DNA of 64,000 nucleotides from Acidobacteriota bacterium. Lineage in GTDB: Bacteria > Acidobacteriota > UBA6911 > RPQK01 > JAJDTT01. The translations under genes and the position numbers were made by a program. Numbering within the stretch: position 1 is the stretch's first letter; each line of letters begins with the position of its first letter. Below the pieces are notes generated by a model, which made no database searches, was not told the origin of the DNA, and was given only the letters and a program-made list of their open reading frames with translations. This document shows, one piece after another, positions 8,312-17,626 of this stretch. The stretch is from positions 3,392,001 to 3,456,000 of the forward strand of contig OZ242374.1 in assembly GCA_965209055.1 (NCBI GenBank), written 5' to 3'.

Positions 8312-10951
8312 ATGTCAGGGGTTTCACTCAAGGGTCATCAAAACGGCTGGCGGCAGCACTTGGCCATCGTCGTCATCTTGATCGTGTCCGGCGTTTCCTC
8401 TTCTTGTCAGAGTCCGGCTGATCTTTCCCGACAGGGGGACGCCGAGACAACCCACGACCAAGGTCTTCTGGAAGTCTCCCGGCAGCTTCAGGTGCCGGAG
8501 GGATTCGAGGTGGATCTGGTCTATTCGGTGCCGCTGGAGGAACAGGGTTCCTGGGTGGCGTTGACACCGGATTCCGCAGGGCGGCTGATTACTTCCGATC
8601 AATTCGGGAGTCTCTACCGCGTGACCTTGGGAGACGGAGATTCAGGCACGGAGGTCGAGAAGCTGAATCTTCCCATCGGCCACGCCCAGGGGCTTCTCTA
8701 CGCCTATGACAGTCTCTACGTGACGGTCAACCTGTATCGGACCTCGAAGGAGAAGGTGGCGCAGGGCAGCGGCTTTTACCGGGTGCTGGATACAGACGGT
8801 GATGATCGGTTCGACCAGGTGAAGCTGTTGAAACAATTGGAGGCCGTGGACAACGTGAATGGGCATGGCGAGCACGGGCCCCACGCCCCGGTGCTCGGCC
8901 CCGACGGTCTCATCTATCTGGTTGCGGGCAACGGCACCAAGGTGCCGGAAGGGTTGGCGCCAACCTCTCCATTCCGGAATTGGGCCAACGATCTGCTTAT
9001 TCCGCCCGAACCGGGATTCGTGCCGGCCGGATGGGTTGCCCGGACCGACGAAACGGGTTCGGTCTGGGAGTTGATTGCCGGTGGTTTCCGGAACCCCTAC
9101 GACTTAGCATTCAACGCCGAGGGCGAGCTGTTCACCTACGATGCGGACAGTGAAGCAGGCATCGGCACGCCCTGGTACCGCCCCACCCGCATCAACCAGG
9201 TCGTTTCCGGAGCGGAATTTGGCTGGCGTTACGACACCGGACGTTGGACACCTTACGGCAAGTGGCCTGAACACTACCCCGACAGTGTCGGCAGCGTGGT
9301 CGACGTCGGGTACGGGTCGCCGACCGGCATGGTTTTTGGATCCGGTGCTCGTTTTCCGGCCCGGTATCAGCGGGCGTTGTTCGCCTGTGATTGGGCGTCG
9401 GGGAAGATCTTTTCCGTTCACCTGAAGCCGGAGGGGGCGGGTTATACGGCGGCCTTCGAGCCGTTCCTGACGGGAAGCGCCGTGCCCGTGACCGACATCG
9501 TGGTCAACCGGGACGGACACCTGTATTTCACGGTGGGGGGGAGGGAGGCCAAGTCGGGTCTTTTTCGAATCCGCTACCGGGGAGGCGAAGTCACCGATCC
9601 GGCCAGTCCGGTCGACCATCCCGCAGCCGAGCGGGCACGTGGAATCCGAAGGCGCTTGGAACAGTTCCATGGTCGAGAAGACGTGCGCGCGGTGGCGGAA
9701 TCGTGGCCTCACCTGGCCAGCCCGGATCGCACGCTTCGCTATGCGGCGCGTGTCGCCATCGAGCGTCAGGACCTTGCAGAATGGCAGGATCGCGCGCTGC
9801 GCGAGAACGACCCTGTCGCGTCGATCCAGGCCATGCTGGCTCTGGCGCGAACCGGCCGGGCCGAGTTGCAGGAAACGGTCTTGGGGAGGCTCGGCCGGAT
9901 CCCCCTGGAGCAACTTCCCGAGGATCAACTTCTGGAGGCGCTACGCGCTTACAGCTTGGCGTTTATCCGGATGGGCGGCCCGCGCAAGCCATTGGGCCGA
10001 CAGGCCGCTGCACGGCTTGCTCGGCTCTTCCCCTCCTCCAGCCGCAGATTGAATCAGGAGCTTTGCCGGCTGCTCGTCTACTTGGAGGATCCGGGTGTCA
10101 TCGCCAAGTCATTGAGAATGATCGACTCCGGCGGGCGACAGGACAGGCTGTTCTATTTCGCAGCGTTGAGCCATCTTGGAAAGGGATGGACACTGCCGCA
10201 GCGCCAAATCTACTTTCGTGCCCTGAATTCGTCCCAGGGAGAGTATCTTCGTGCCGAGAAAACATTCGGGCGGAAGGGTCTCAACAGCCGTTTCATCTAC
10301 ACGCTTCAGAACCTGCGGCAATCGGCTGTTGAAACCCTCAGCGACGAGGAACGGACGGCACTGGAGGAGGTCATCGAAGACCAGCGGGCCCTGACCGTGG
10401 CTGACGAGGAACCGGTCCGTGGATTCGTGCGAACTTGGATGGTTGCCGACTTTCTGCCCCTGCTCAAGCAGGTGGCAAGGGGCCGTTCCTACGAGAACGG
10501 CAAGTCTGCCTACGAGGCGGCGGAATGCGCCCAGTGTCATCGATTTGATGACCAGGGAGGCACGACGGGGCCGGACATCACCACCGTCGGAAGTCGTTTC
10601 GATACGCAGTACTTGTTGGAGGCACTTCTCGATCCCTCCAAGGTGGTCGCCGATCGCTTCTTCAACGAGTCGATTCAGATGGAAGATGGCCGTATTCATG
10701 TTGGCCGGGTCGTTTACGACGATGGAAAACTGCTGCGGGTTCGCGCGAATCCGTTCACCCAAAAGGTCACCCAAGTTGCCTCGGACCGGATCAAGTCCCG
10801 CACGGTTTCGAGAATTTCAGAGATGCCGGAAGGACTGCTCGATACCTTTACCGAGGAAGAGGTTCTGGATCTGATCGCGTACATGAGGTCGGGCGGAAAT
10901 CCGAAAGATCCGGCGTTCAATTCTCTTCAGCGAGGAAACGAAGAGCCATGA
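8312..10951 (+). CDS. PVC-type heme-binding CxxCH protein (beta-propeller sorbosone-dehydrogenase-like + HEAT repeats + c-type cytochrome), probable lipoprotein
   Basis: VSSSC lipobox-like. VPEGFEVDLV, GEHGPH, GGFRNPYDLAF, GSPTG, CAQCH, GPDIT...LDPS and MPEGL motifs. Confidence 0.85.
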   Translation: MSGVSLKGHQNGWRQHLAIVVILIVSGVSSSCQSPADLSRQGDAETTHDQGLLEVSRQLQVPEGFEVDLVYSVPLEEQGSWVALTPDSAGRLITSDQFGSLYRVTLGDGDSGTEVEKLNLPIGHAQGLLYAYDSLYVTVNLYRTSKEKVAQGSGFYRVLDTDGDDRFDQVKLLKQLEAVDNVNGHGEHGPHAPVLGPDGLIYLVAGNGTKVPEGLAPTSPFRNWANDLLIPPEPGFVPAGWVARTDETGSVWELIAGGFRNPYDLAFNAEGELFTYDADSEAGIGTPWYRPTRINQVVSGAEFGWRYDTGRWTPYGKWPEHYPDSVGSVVDVGYGSPTGMVFGSGARFPARYQRALFACDWASGKIFSVHLKPEGAGYTAAFEPFLTGSAVPVTDIVVNRDGHLYFTVGGREAKSGLFRIRYRGGEVTDPASPVDHPAAERARGIRRRLEQFHGREDVRAVAESWPHLASPDRTLRYAARVAIERQDLAEWQDRALRENDPVASIQAMLALARTGRAELQETVLGRLGRIPLEQLPEDQLLEALRAYSLAFIRMGGPRKPLGRQAAARLARLFPSSSRRLNQELCRLLVYLEDPGVIAKSLRMIDSGGRQDRLFYFAALSHLGKGWTLPQRQIYFRALNSSQGEYLRAEKTFGRKGLNSRFIYTLQNLRQSAVETLSDEERTALEEVIEDQRALTVADEEPVRGFVRTWMVADFLPLLKQVARGRSYENGKSAYEAAECAQCHRFDDQGGTTGPDITTVGSRFDTQYLLEALLDPSKVVADRFFNESIQMEDGRIHVGRVVYDDGKLLRVRANPFTQKVTQVASDRIKSRTVSRISEMPEGLLDTFTEEEVLDLIAYMRSGGNPKDPAFNSLQRGNEEP

Positions 10952-11577
10952 TTCGAACCCTGAAACTTCTATTTTTTGGCGCCGGTCTGGCGGTGGCTCC
11001 AGGATGTGCGGCGCCGTCGGACGACTCGCCTCCCGCTGGATTCACCAGGCTGTTCAATGGCCATGATCTGACCGGTTGGAAAGATGACGGCAGCGGACAC
11101 TGGCGGGCCGAGGACGGCATGATCGTTTACGATGGCGGAGGCTGGCAGCCGGCCCCGAATACGGTGTTCCAGCGCAATTTGCGAACGGAAAAGGAATACG
11201 GCGATTTCATACTGCTCATCGACTGGAAGATCGAGAAAGACGGGAACAGCGGCATCTATCTGCGTGGCGAGCTGCAAGTGGAGATCTGGGACAGAACGGC
11301 GGAGGTGTACTCATCTCCCCACGGGTCGGGTGGAATCGTCGGTTACACCGTCCCGGGACGCATCCCGCTACGGACTGTCGACCGTCCGTTGGGAGAGTGG
11401 AACCACTTCGAGATTCGCGTCGAGAATGAAACCGTCACCGTCCATCTCAATGACCAGCTCGTGATCGACAGACATGCGGCCGAGTTCAAGCGGTCCGAAG
11501 GGCCCATCGTGCTCCAGCACCATGGTTGGCCCCTGTGGTTCAAGAATGTATACGTCAAAGAGTTGGCCGAGAATTGA
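10948..11577 (+). CDS. DUF1080 (3-keto-disaccharide hydrolase) lipoprotein
   Basis: LFNGHDLTGW, YGDFIL, GNSGIYLR, GEWNHFEI, GPIVLQHHG, FKNVYVK. ATGA overlap with the upstream gene. Confidence 0.9.
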   Translation: MIRTLKLLFFGAGLAVAPGCAAPSDDSPPAGFTRLFNGHDLTGWKDDGSGHWRAEDGMIVYDGGGWQPAPNTVFQRNLRTEKEYGDFILLIDWKIEKDGNSGIYLRGELQVEIWDRTAEVYSSPHGSGGIVGYTVPGRIPLRTVDRPLGEWNHFEIRVENETVTVHLNDQLVIDRHAAEFKRSEGPIVLQHHGWPLWFKNVYVKELAEN

Positions 11578-11634
11578 CGAAGGCCGAAGCCGGACCGGAG
11601 ACACTCCAATGAACTCGCCCTTGCCGGTCCCGAG

Positions 11635-11643
11635 TGGTATAAT
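11635..11643 (+). promoter_or_regulatory. Extended -10 promoter for the PPC-DUF1553-DUF1501 operon
   Basis: TG-G-TATAAT, 38 nt upstream of ATG 11682. Confidence 0.6.
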
Positions 11644-11681
11644 CTCGCACTAACCAAAAACCATAAGCCTGAAAGCTCCGA

Positions 11682-13589
11682 ATGGTGAAACGCCGGCGAC
11701 ATTTTGACCACCCCGGATTCCCGGAATTGCGTGCGTGTTTCTTCGGTGCGGCTTGTATCGCCTTGTTGTTTTTGGTTCCGTCCGCTGGCCGGCTCGAGGC
11801 GCAAGCCTCCGGCGACGAGGCCACACCCGAGCCGATGTTGATTTCGGTCTTTCCTCCCGGCGGGCAGCAGGGTTCCGGCGTGGAACTCGTGATCCGGGGA
11901 GAAGCTCTGGACGGCGCCTATTCGCTCGTCTTTGGTTCCTCCGGCCTGGAGGCCCGGGTCGGCAAAGTCGAGATGATCGAGGGGCCTGATCCGGCGGGTC
12001 CGTATCCCAAAAAGGAGAAATCGCCCTTCTTCTTTCGTGTCACGGCGCGCCTCACCATAGATTCGTCGGTTCCCGTTGGAACCCATCCGTTTCGCCTGGT
12101 CTCTCATCGAGGAGTTTCCAACGCTCTCCACTTCCGGGTCGACGAAGGCGGCGTGATCAGCGAGATCGATACCCCCCATCCGTCCGCCCGGCAGGCGCAG
12201 GAGATTGACGTCCCCGTCATCGTCAACGGCCGGATCGACGAGCACGGCGAGCTGGACGCCTACGGGTTCGACGCGGTGGCCGGTCAGGAGTTCACCTTCG
12301 AAATCACTCAGGCGGCGCATTTCGAGCCGCGCCTCGCCCTTTACCGTCCCACCGGGAGCTGGCTCGATCCCGACCGTCCCACTCGCCTGCTTTTCCGGGA
12401 GCAGGAGTCTTCTGACCTGATTCCGATCCGGCCCGTTTACTCCTACCGCGTGGCGGAGTCGGGACGCTATTTGGTCGAAGTCGCGTCGCTCTTGGGAAAA
12501 GGGGGCCCCGACTGTGGTTATCAGCTTCGGGTTCTGACCACCGGTCCCGCTCCGCAGGCCAGTTCCGAACCCGCGTGGACCGAACGGGATTTCACCCGGA
12601 AGATCGACGGCGAGTGGACCGGCCGGCTCCGTTCCCGGACGGTCCGGCAGACGAATCCCGGTTCCGATTCCACGGAGATCGCCTCCGGCGCCGGGAGCCT
12701 GGCGGCGTCCCCCGATTCTCCGCCTTCGGCAGTGACTCCGGCTCTTGAGAGCCGGGCCCGCCTCCGGGAACAGGAGCCGAACGAGGCGCGCGGACAGGCC
12801 GTGCCGTTGGCCGTGGGAGACATCGTCGAAGGCAACATCAGCGCGCCCGGCGACCGCGACACCTACGCGTTCGAGGGGGAGGCGGGAGCGGAACTGGTGT
12901 TCGAGATCGAGACTTCCGGCGTGGAGCCGCCCCACTTCAACCCGCGCCTGGAGCTTTTGGGAGAAGACGGCGAATCGCTGCTGGCCAACGTTCACAAGCA
13001 CGTGACGGTCTACAACGGCGGTGGCATCCCCAGTACCTTTCTGAAGACGGTCGAACCCAAGATGGCCTACACCCTGGAGCGGAGCGGCCGATACTTCGTG
13101 GAGGTCAGCGACATCACCGCGCGGTACGGCGGTCCGGAATTCGGGTATCGGCTGCTTGTACGCGCTCCGATTCCCCACGTGGGCGCCATCGAAGTGGACC
13201 CGTCCGACCGCATCAACCTGGTCCCGGGACGAGCCCGGAAACTGAGCATCGTTACGCATCAAGAGGAGGGGTTTGCCGGGGAAGTCCTTTTTGACTGTTC
13301 CAACCTGCCGCCCGGTGTGCGGGTTTTTGCGGGAGCGGATGTGGAGAAGAAGGGTAACGCCCCCGTCAGCCAGCAGGAGGAAAATTTCTTGCCCGCTGTG
13401 CAGAAGACGACCCTGGTCCTCCTGGCCGACCCGGATGCTGCAGTCACCCGCATGCCGTCATTGGTCCGCTTGACCGCCAGGCCCGTGGTCGGTGGACGAG
13501 TTGGCGCAGACCTGCCCGTCGCGGAGCTCCTGCTGATGGTGGTCGCGCCTTCCGGTCCGGATCAGGCTGCCGAGCAAGGAGGCTCATGA
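11682..13589 (+). CDS. PPC (pre-peptidase C-terminal) domain-containing secreted protein
   Basis: SVFPPGGQQGS, PVIVNGRI...ELDAYGF, EQEPN, GDRDTYAF, SGRYFVEV motifs, typical of PVC proteins encoded next to DUF1549/DUF1553. Confidence 0.75.
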   Translation: MVKRRRHFDHPGFPELRACFFGAACIALLFLVPSAGRLEAQASGDEATPEPMLISVFPPGGQQGSGVELVIRGEALDGAYSLVFGSSGLEARVGKVEMIEGPDPAGPYPKKEKSPFFFRVTARLTIDSSVPVGTHPFRLVSHRGVSNALHFRVDEGGVISEIDTPHPSARQAQEIDVPVIVNGRIDEHGELDAYGFDAVAGQEFTFEITQAAHFEPRLALYRPTGSWLDPDRPTRLLFREQESSDLIPIRPVYSYRVAESGRYLVEVASLLGKGGPDCGYQLRVLTTGPAPQASSEPAWTERDFTRKIDGEWTGRLRSRTVRQTNPGSDSTEIASGAGSLAASPDSPPSAVTPALESRARLREQEPNEARGQAVPLAVGDIVEGNISAPGDRDTYAFEGEAGAELVFEIETSGVEPPHFNPRLELLGEDGESLLANVHKHVTVYNGGGIPSTFLKTVEPKMAYTLERSGRYFVEVSDITARYGGPEFGYRLLVRAPIPHVGAIEVDPSDRINLVPGRARKLSIVTHQEEGFAGEVLFDCSNLPPGVRVFAGADVEKKGNAPVSQQEENFLPAVQKTTLVLLADPDAAVTRMPSLVRLTARPVVGGRVGADLPVAELLLMVVAPSGPDQAAEQGGS

Positions 13590-16168
13590 GCTTTCACGGG
13601 ACCGATCGATTTACTCTCGCGAGGAATCGCCCACGGCGACTGCGCCCGGCCCTCTGCTCGACCATTGCCGTCGTTGTCTCATTCCTTGCGTCCGCACCGG
13701 CCGCCGTCGTGGAACCCGCGCCGAGCCATGTTCCGACGCTGCTCTCCCTGCGTTTGGTCCCGGAGCAGGTGAACCTTCAGGGCCCGGGGGCTTCCCAGCG
13801 ATTCGTGGCCATGGGGACGTTTGCCGACGGACTGGAGCGGGATCTGACTGCCGCCAGCCGGTTTCATCTCTCCGATACCGAACTGGCCCGTGTGGACGAT
13901 GGCGGTAAGGTCGTGGCCCTGGCGCCGGGGGAGCTGACTCTACGGGTCGAGAACGGAGGCCACGAGGTCCATTCGAGGGTTCGAATCGACACGGTTGCGG
14001 AACCGAGGCCCTTCCGTTTCGATCGCGATATCGCCTCCATACTGACCAAACGGGGCTGCAACGCCAGCGAGTGCCACGGCAGCGTCAAGGGGCAGGGAGG
14101 ATTCAAGCTCTCCCTCGACGGCCTCTATCCGGAAGAAGACCACGAGTGGATCGTCAAAGGTGGGATCTACCAGGTTCTCGTCATGGAATCGGGGGGGCCG
14201 CGAGTCCCCCGGGTGAATCCGGGGCATCCGGAGCAGAGCCTGTTGCTGCAGAAGGCCACCATGCAGGTGGGCCACGTCGGAGGTGAGCGCATCGGCGCCG
14301 ATTCCGCGGACTACGCCACCCTCCTGGACTGGGTCCGGAAGGGGGCCGAATACGGCGATCGGAGTGAAGGCGGGCGGATCGCGCGAGTGACGGTCTTCCC
14401 GCAGGAAGCCGTACTGGACGGCGATGGCGTGCAGCAGCTTCTGGTGACCGCCTACGGGCCCGACGGACGGCGCGAGGACATCAGTCACCAGGCTCGTTAC
14501 GTCTCCCAGAATCCCCACGTCGTGACGGTCGACGAGAACGGCCGCGTTACGGCCACCGGAAGGGGAGAGACGACGGTGCTGGTCCGCACCGCAGGTCATG
14601 CCGTCAGTGCACGCTTCGGAGTAGTGGACGCGTCGGCTCCAGTCGAATTCAGAATCGAGCCCCGCAATCTCATCGACAAGCACGTCTTCGCCAAATTGCG
14701 GAAGTTCCAGATCCGTCCTTCTGCGCTTTCCAGCGATTCGGAATTCCTGCGCCGCGTCTGCCTGGACATCACCGGCACCCTGCCGCCGCCGGATCGGGTC
14801 CGGGAATTCCTGGCCGACACCGACCCTGGGAAACGGGACAAGCTCATCGAGACTCTCCTGGACTCTCCCCAGTACGCGGACTATTGGAGCTTCCTGTTCG
14901 CGGACCTGTTCCGTGTGACCTACACCACCGTGGGCCCGATCAAAGAGGTCAAGGCATACGACGACTGGGTGCGCAACGGCATCCTCCAGAACAAGCGGTA
15001 CGACCGCATGGCGCGCGAACGTATCGCCGCTCAGGGGTACGGGGCTCCCACCCGTCACTTTTTTCGGTATACCGAACTGATCGTGCCCCACGAGGTCATG
15101 GCCGAGCAGGTCCGCCTCTTCATGGGGCGCCGGCTGGATTGCGCCCAGTGCCACAATCATCCCTTCGAGACCTGGAGCCAGGACCAGTTCTGGGGAATGA
15201 CCGCCTTTTTCGGCAACGTCACGCAACTTTCGGATTCTCAGTTGGTTTTCGACAATCCGGAGGGTGGGCGATCCTATGACTTGAAACAGGAGGGGATCAA
15301 GACCGTCCATCCACGCCGGAAGGAAGAAGTCCGGGCCAGATTTATGGACGGGTCATTCCCGACCGGGGAACAGGAGCGCGACCCGCGCCTGGCTCTGGCC
15401 GACTGGATCATCGCCCAGCCCGCCTTCGCTGAGACTATCGTGAACCGGGTCTGGGGCTATTTCTTCGGCCGGGGTATCGTGGACCCGGTGGACGACTTCA
15501 AGGTGTCCAACCCGCCGACCCATCCCGTGCTGCTCTCCGCGCTGGCGGAAGACTTCGTGGAGCACGGCTACGACCTGAAGCATCTCATGAGGCGGATCGT
15601 CCGGTCGCGGACCTACCAGACTTCGGGAGTCCCCAACCGGACCAACAGGGAAGATGGAATCAACTATTCCCGGGCTTTGGCCCGGCCGCTGCAGGCGACC
15701 GTCCTGCTGGACGCCATCTCCTACGCCACCGGAGTCCCGGAGGAGTTTCCGGTGCACCCCAAGACCGTGCGCACCGGCGCGGCTCGCCCGGGGGCCCGGG
15801 CCATCGACCTGATTCCCGAACTTTTCCCCTGTCATTTCCTCGACGTCTACGGACGGTCCATGCGCAAGTCGCTTCCGGAAAAGCCGTCGCTGACGTTGAC
15901 CCAGGCCCTGCACATGTGGGCGGGATCGACCTATACCACCAAGATCACGCAGGAAGGCGGACGTCTCGACCGGGCGCTGAAGGACGGCCTGTCCGATTCC
16001 CAGATCATCGAAGACTTCTACCTGGCGGCGCTGTCGCGATACCCGACCGAACGGGAACGATCCGACCTGGAAGCGTTTGTCCGGGAGGAATCCTCCCCGC
16101 GGCCGGAGCAATTGGCGAACCTGATGTGGGCCCTCATCAGTTCGCGGGAGTTTGCATACAATCATTGA
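13586..16168 (+). CDS. DUF1549/DUF1553 (PSCyt2/PSD1) protein with Ig-like (Big_2) domains
   Basis: GCNASECHG, NLIDKHV, EFLRRVCLDITGTLP, CAQCHNHPF, NRVWGYFFGRGIVDPVDD, PTHPVLL, LMWALISSREF. Confidence 0.9.
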   Translation: MSFHGTDRFTLARNRPRRLRPALCSTIAVVVSFLASAPAAVVEPAPSHVPTLLSLRLVPEQVNLQGPGASQRFVAMGTFADGLERDLTAASRFHLSDTELARVDDGGKVVALAPGELTLRVENGGHEVHSRVRIDTVAEPRPFRFDRDIASILTKRGCNASECHGSVKGQGGFKLSLDGLYPEEDHEWIVKGGIYQVLVMESGGPRVPRVNPGHPEQSLLLQKATMQVGHVGGERIGADSADYATLLDWVRKGAEYGDRSEGGRIARVTVFPQEAVLDGDGVQQLLVTAYGPDGRREDISHQARYVSQNPHVVTVDENGRVTATGRGETTVLVRTAGHAVSARFGVVDASAPVEFRIEPRNLIDKHVFAKLRKFQIRPSALSSDSEFLRRVCLDITGTLPPPDRVREFLADTDPGKRDKLIETLLDSPQYADYWSFLFADLFRVTYTTVGPIKEVKAYDDWVRNGILQNKRYDRMARERIAAQGYGAPTRHFFRYTELIVPHEVMAEQVRLFMGRRLDCAQCHNHPFETWSQDQFWGMTAFFGNVTQLSDSQLVFDNPEGGRSYDLKQEGIKTVHPRRKEEVRARFMDGSFPTGEQERDPRLALADWIIAQPAFAETIVNRVWGYFFGRGIVDPVDDFKVSNPPTHPVLLSALAEDFVEHGYDLKHLMRRIVRSRTYQTSGVPNRTNREDGINYSRALARPLQATVLLDAISYATGVPEEFPVHPKTVRTGAARPGARAIDLIPELFPCHFLDVYGRSMRKSLPEKPSLTLTQALHMWAGSTYTTKITQEGGRLDRALKDGLSDSQIIEDFYLAALSRYPTERERSDLEAFVREESSPRPEQLANLMWALISSREFAYNH

Positions 16169-16248
16169 GGAGCGGCGGTTTTCTTACCGCCGATCTCCAT
16201 TGAAACAACGGGCAAAGAGGGATCGGATGACCGCAACGTCGCCCCTCC
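16169..16248. repeat. REP-like palindrome doublet
   Basis: GGAGCGGCGGTTTTCTTACCGCCGAT (reverse orientation of the 7308 unit) plus an inverted unit ending CGTCGCCCCTCC. Confidence 0.7.
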
Positions 16249-16267
16249 AAGGACGGACGGAGAAGGA

Positions 16268-17617
16268 ATGTTGAAAGAATATCGTTGTTTCCAGTGCAGG
16301 CGGACCAGACTCGGGCGCCGCGACTTCCTCCGTGCCGGCTCCCTGAGCTTTCTCGGGATGAACGCCGGCGACCTCTTCAGGCTGGAACGTCTCCAAGCGG
16401 CCTCCAACGACAAGCCGGCGGCCGGACAGGCGCAGGCGTGCATTCTCCTCTTCCTGGAGGGCGGTGCCAGCCAGATGGACACCTGGGACCCCAAGGGGAA
16501 CACCAACTTCGGCTCCATCGCCACCAACGTCGACGGCATCCGGATCTCCGAACTCCTGCCCAAGACGGCCCAGCACATGGACAAGCTCTCGCTGATCCGT
16601 TCCATGCGGACGGAGGAGACCAACCATCCGCAGGGAACCATCGAGTCGCTGACCGGCCATCGGCCCAGCCCCACCATGAAGTTCCCGGGATTCGGGTCGA
16701 TCGTGGCCAAGGAAATGGGCGCCCGTAACAACATGCCGCCGTTCACCACGGTCCCCATGCCTTGGGAGAACGACTTTTACAACTACGAGGAGGCCTTCAA
16801 GGGCTCGTACATCGGAGCCGAGTATGACGCCATGGTCCTGCCGGACCCCAGCGCCGAGGAATTCGTCGTGCCCGATCTCCGGTTGCCCAAAACGGTTTCC
16901 GCCGCGGCCATCGAGGATCGAAAGACTCTGCTCAGCATCGTGGACCGGCACTACCGGTCCACCCAGGAGGTAGCCGAGTTCGGCAAGATGGACACGTATC
17001 GCGAGCAGGCGCTGGGCATGATCCTGTCGCCGCACGTCCAGAAGGCCTTCGACCTCTCCAGCGAATCGGAGAAGACCCGGGACGCGTATGGACGCCACCG
17101 CTTCGGACAGAGCGTGCTGATGGCCCGCCGCCTGGTGGAGGCCGGATGCCGCTTCGTCACGGCGGCCGGCTACAAACACGGGCAGTGGGACACGCACGGG
17201 AGCAACGACAAGCGGATGAAGGAAGACTTGACGCCTCCCCTGGATAAGGCGCTCTCCGCTCTGTTGGAAGATCTGGATCAAAGAGGTCTGTGGGAATCGA
17301 CGGTGGTGCTGGTCATGGGAGAGTTCGGACGCACCCCCCACATCAATCCCGGCCTGGGACGGGATCACTGGCCCCACTGCTGGTCGCTGGCGCTGGGCGG
17401 CGGCGGTATCCAGGGGGGACAGGTCATCGGCGTCAGCGACGACCGGGCGGCCTACGTTGCGGAACGCCCCATCTCCATCGGCGACCTTTACGCCACCATC
17501 TACAAGGCGCTGGGCATCGATTGGACCAAGACCTACATGGCCCCCGTGGGTCGTCCCGTCTACATCGCCAACGGTTTCGACGACACCATGGGGCAGCCCA
17601 TCCCGGAATTGATCTGA
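16268..17617 (+). CDS. DUF1501 domain protein (Tat signal)
   Basis: GRRDFL, FLEGGASQMDTWDPK, ARRLVEAGCRFV, WDTH, GEFGRTP, GRDHWP. Confidence 0.92.
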   Translation: MLKEYRCFQCRRTRLGRRDFLRAGSLSFLGMNAGDLFRLERLQAASNDKPAAGQAQACILLFLEGGASQMDTWDPKGNTNFGSIATNVDGIRISELLPKTAQHMDKLSLIRSMRTEETNHPQGTIESLTGHRPSPTMKFPGFGSIVAKEMGARNNMPPFTTVPMPWENDFYNYEEAFKGSYIGAEYDAMVLPDPSAEEFVVPDLRLPKTVSAAAIEDRKTLLSIVDRHYRSTQEVAEFGKMDTYREQALGMILSPHVQKAFDLSSESEKTRDAYGRHRFGQSVLMARRLVEAGCRFVTAAGYKHGQWDTHGSNDKRMKEDLTPPLDKALSALLEDLDQRGLWESTVVLVMGEFGRTPHINPGLGRDHWPHCWSLALGGGGIQGGQVIGVSDDRAAYVAERPISIGDLYATIYKALGIDWTKTYMAPVGRPVYIANGFDDTMGQPIPELI

Positions 17618-17626
17618 CAGCCCGTC

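Noticed and set aside
11343-13262. 639-aa antisense ORF
   Set aside because: Mirror frame of the PPC gene; typical high-GC antisense artefact with no motifs.
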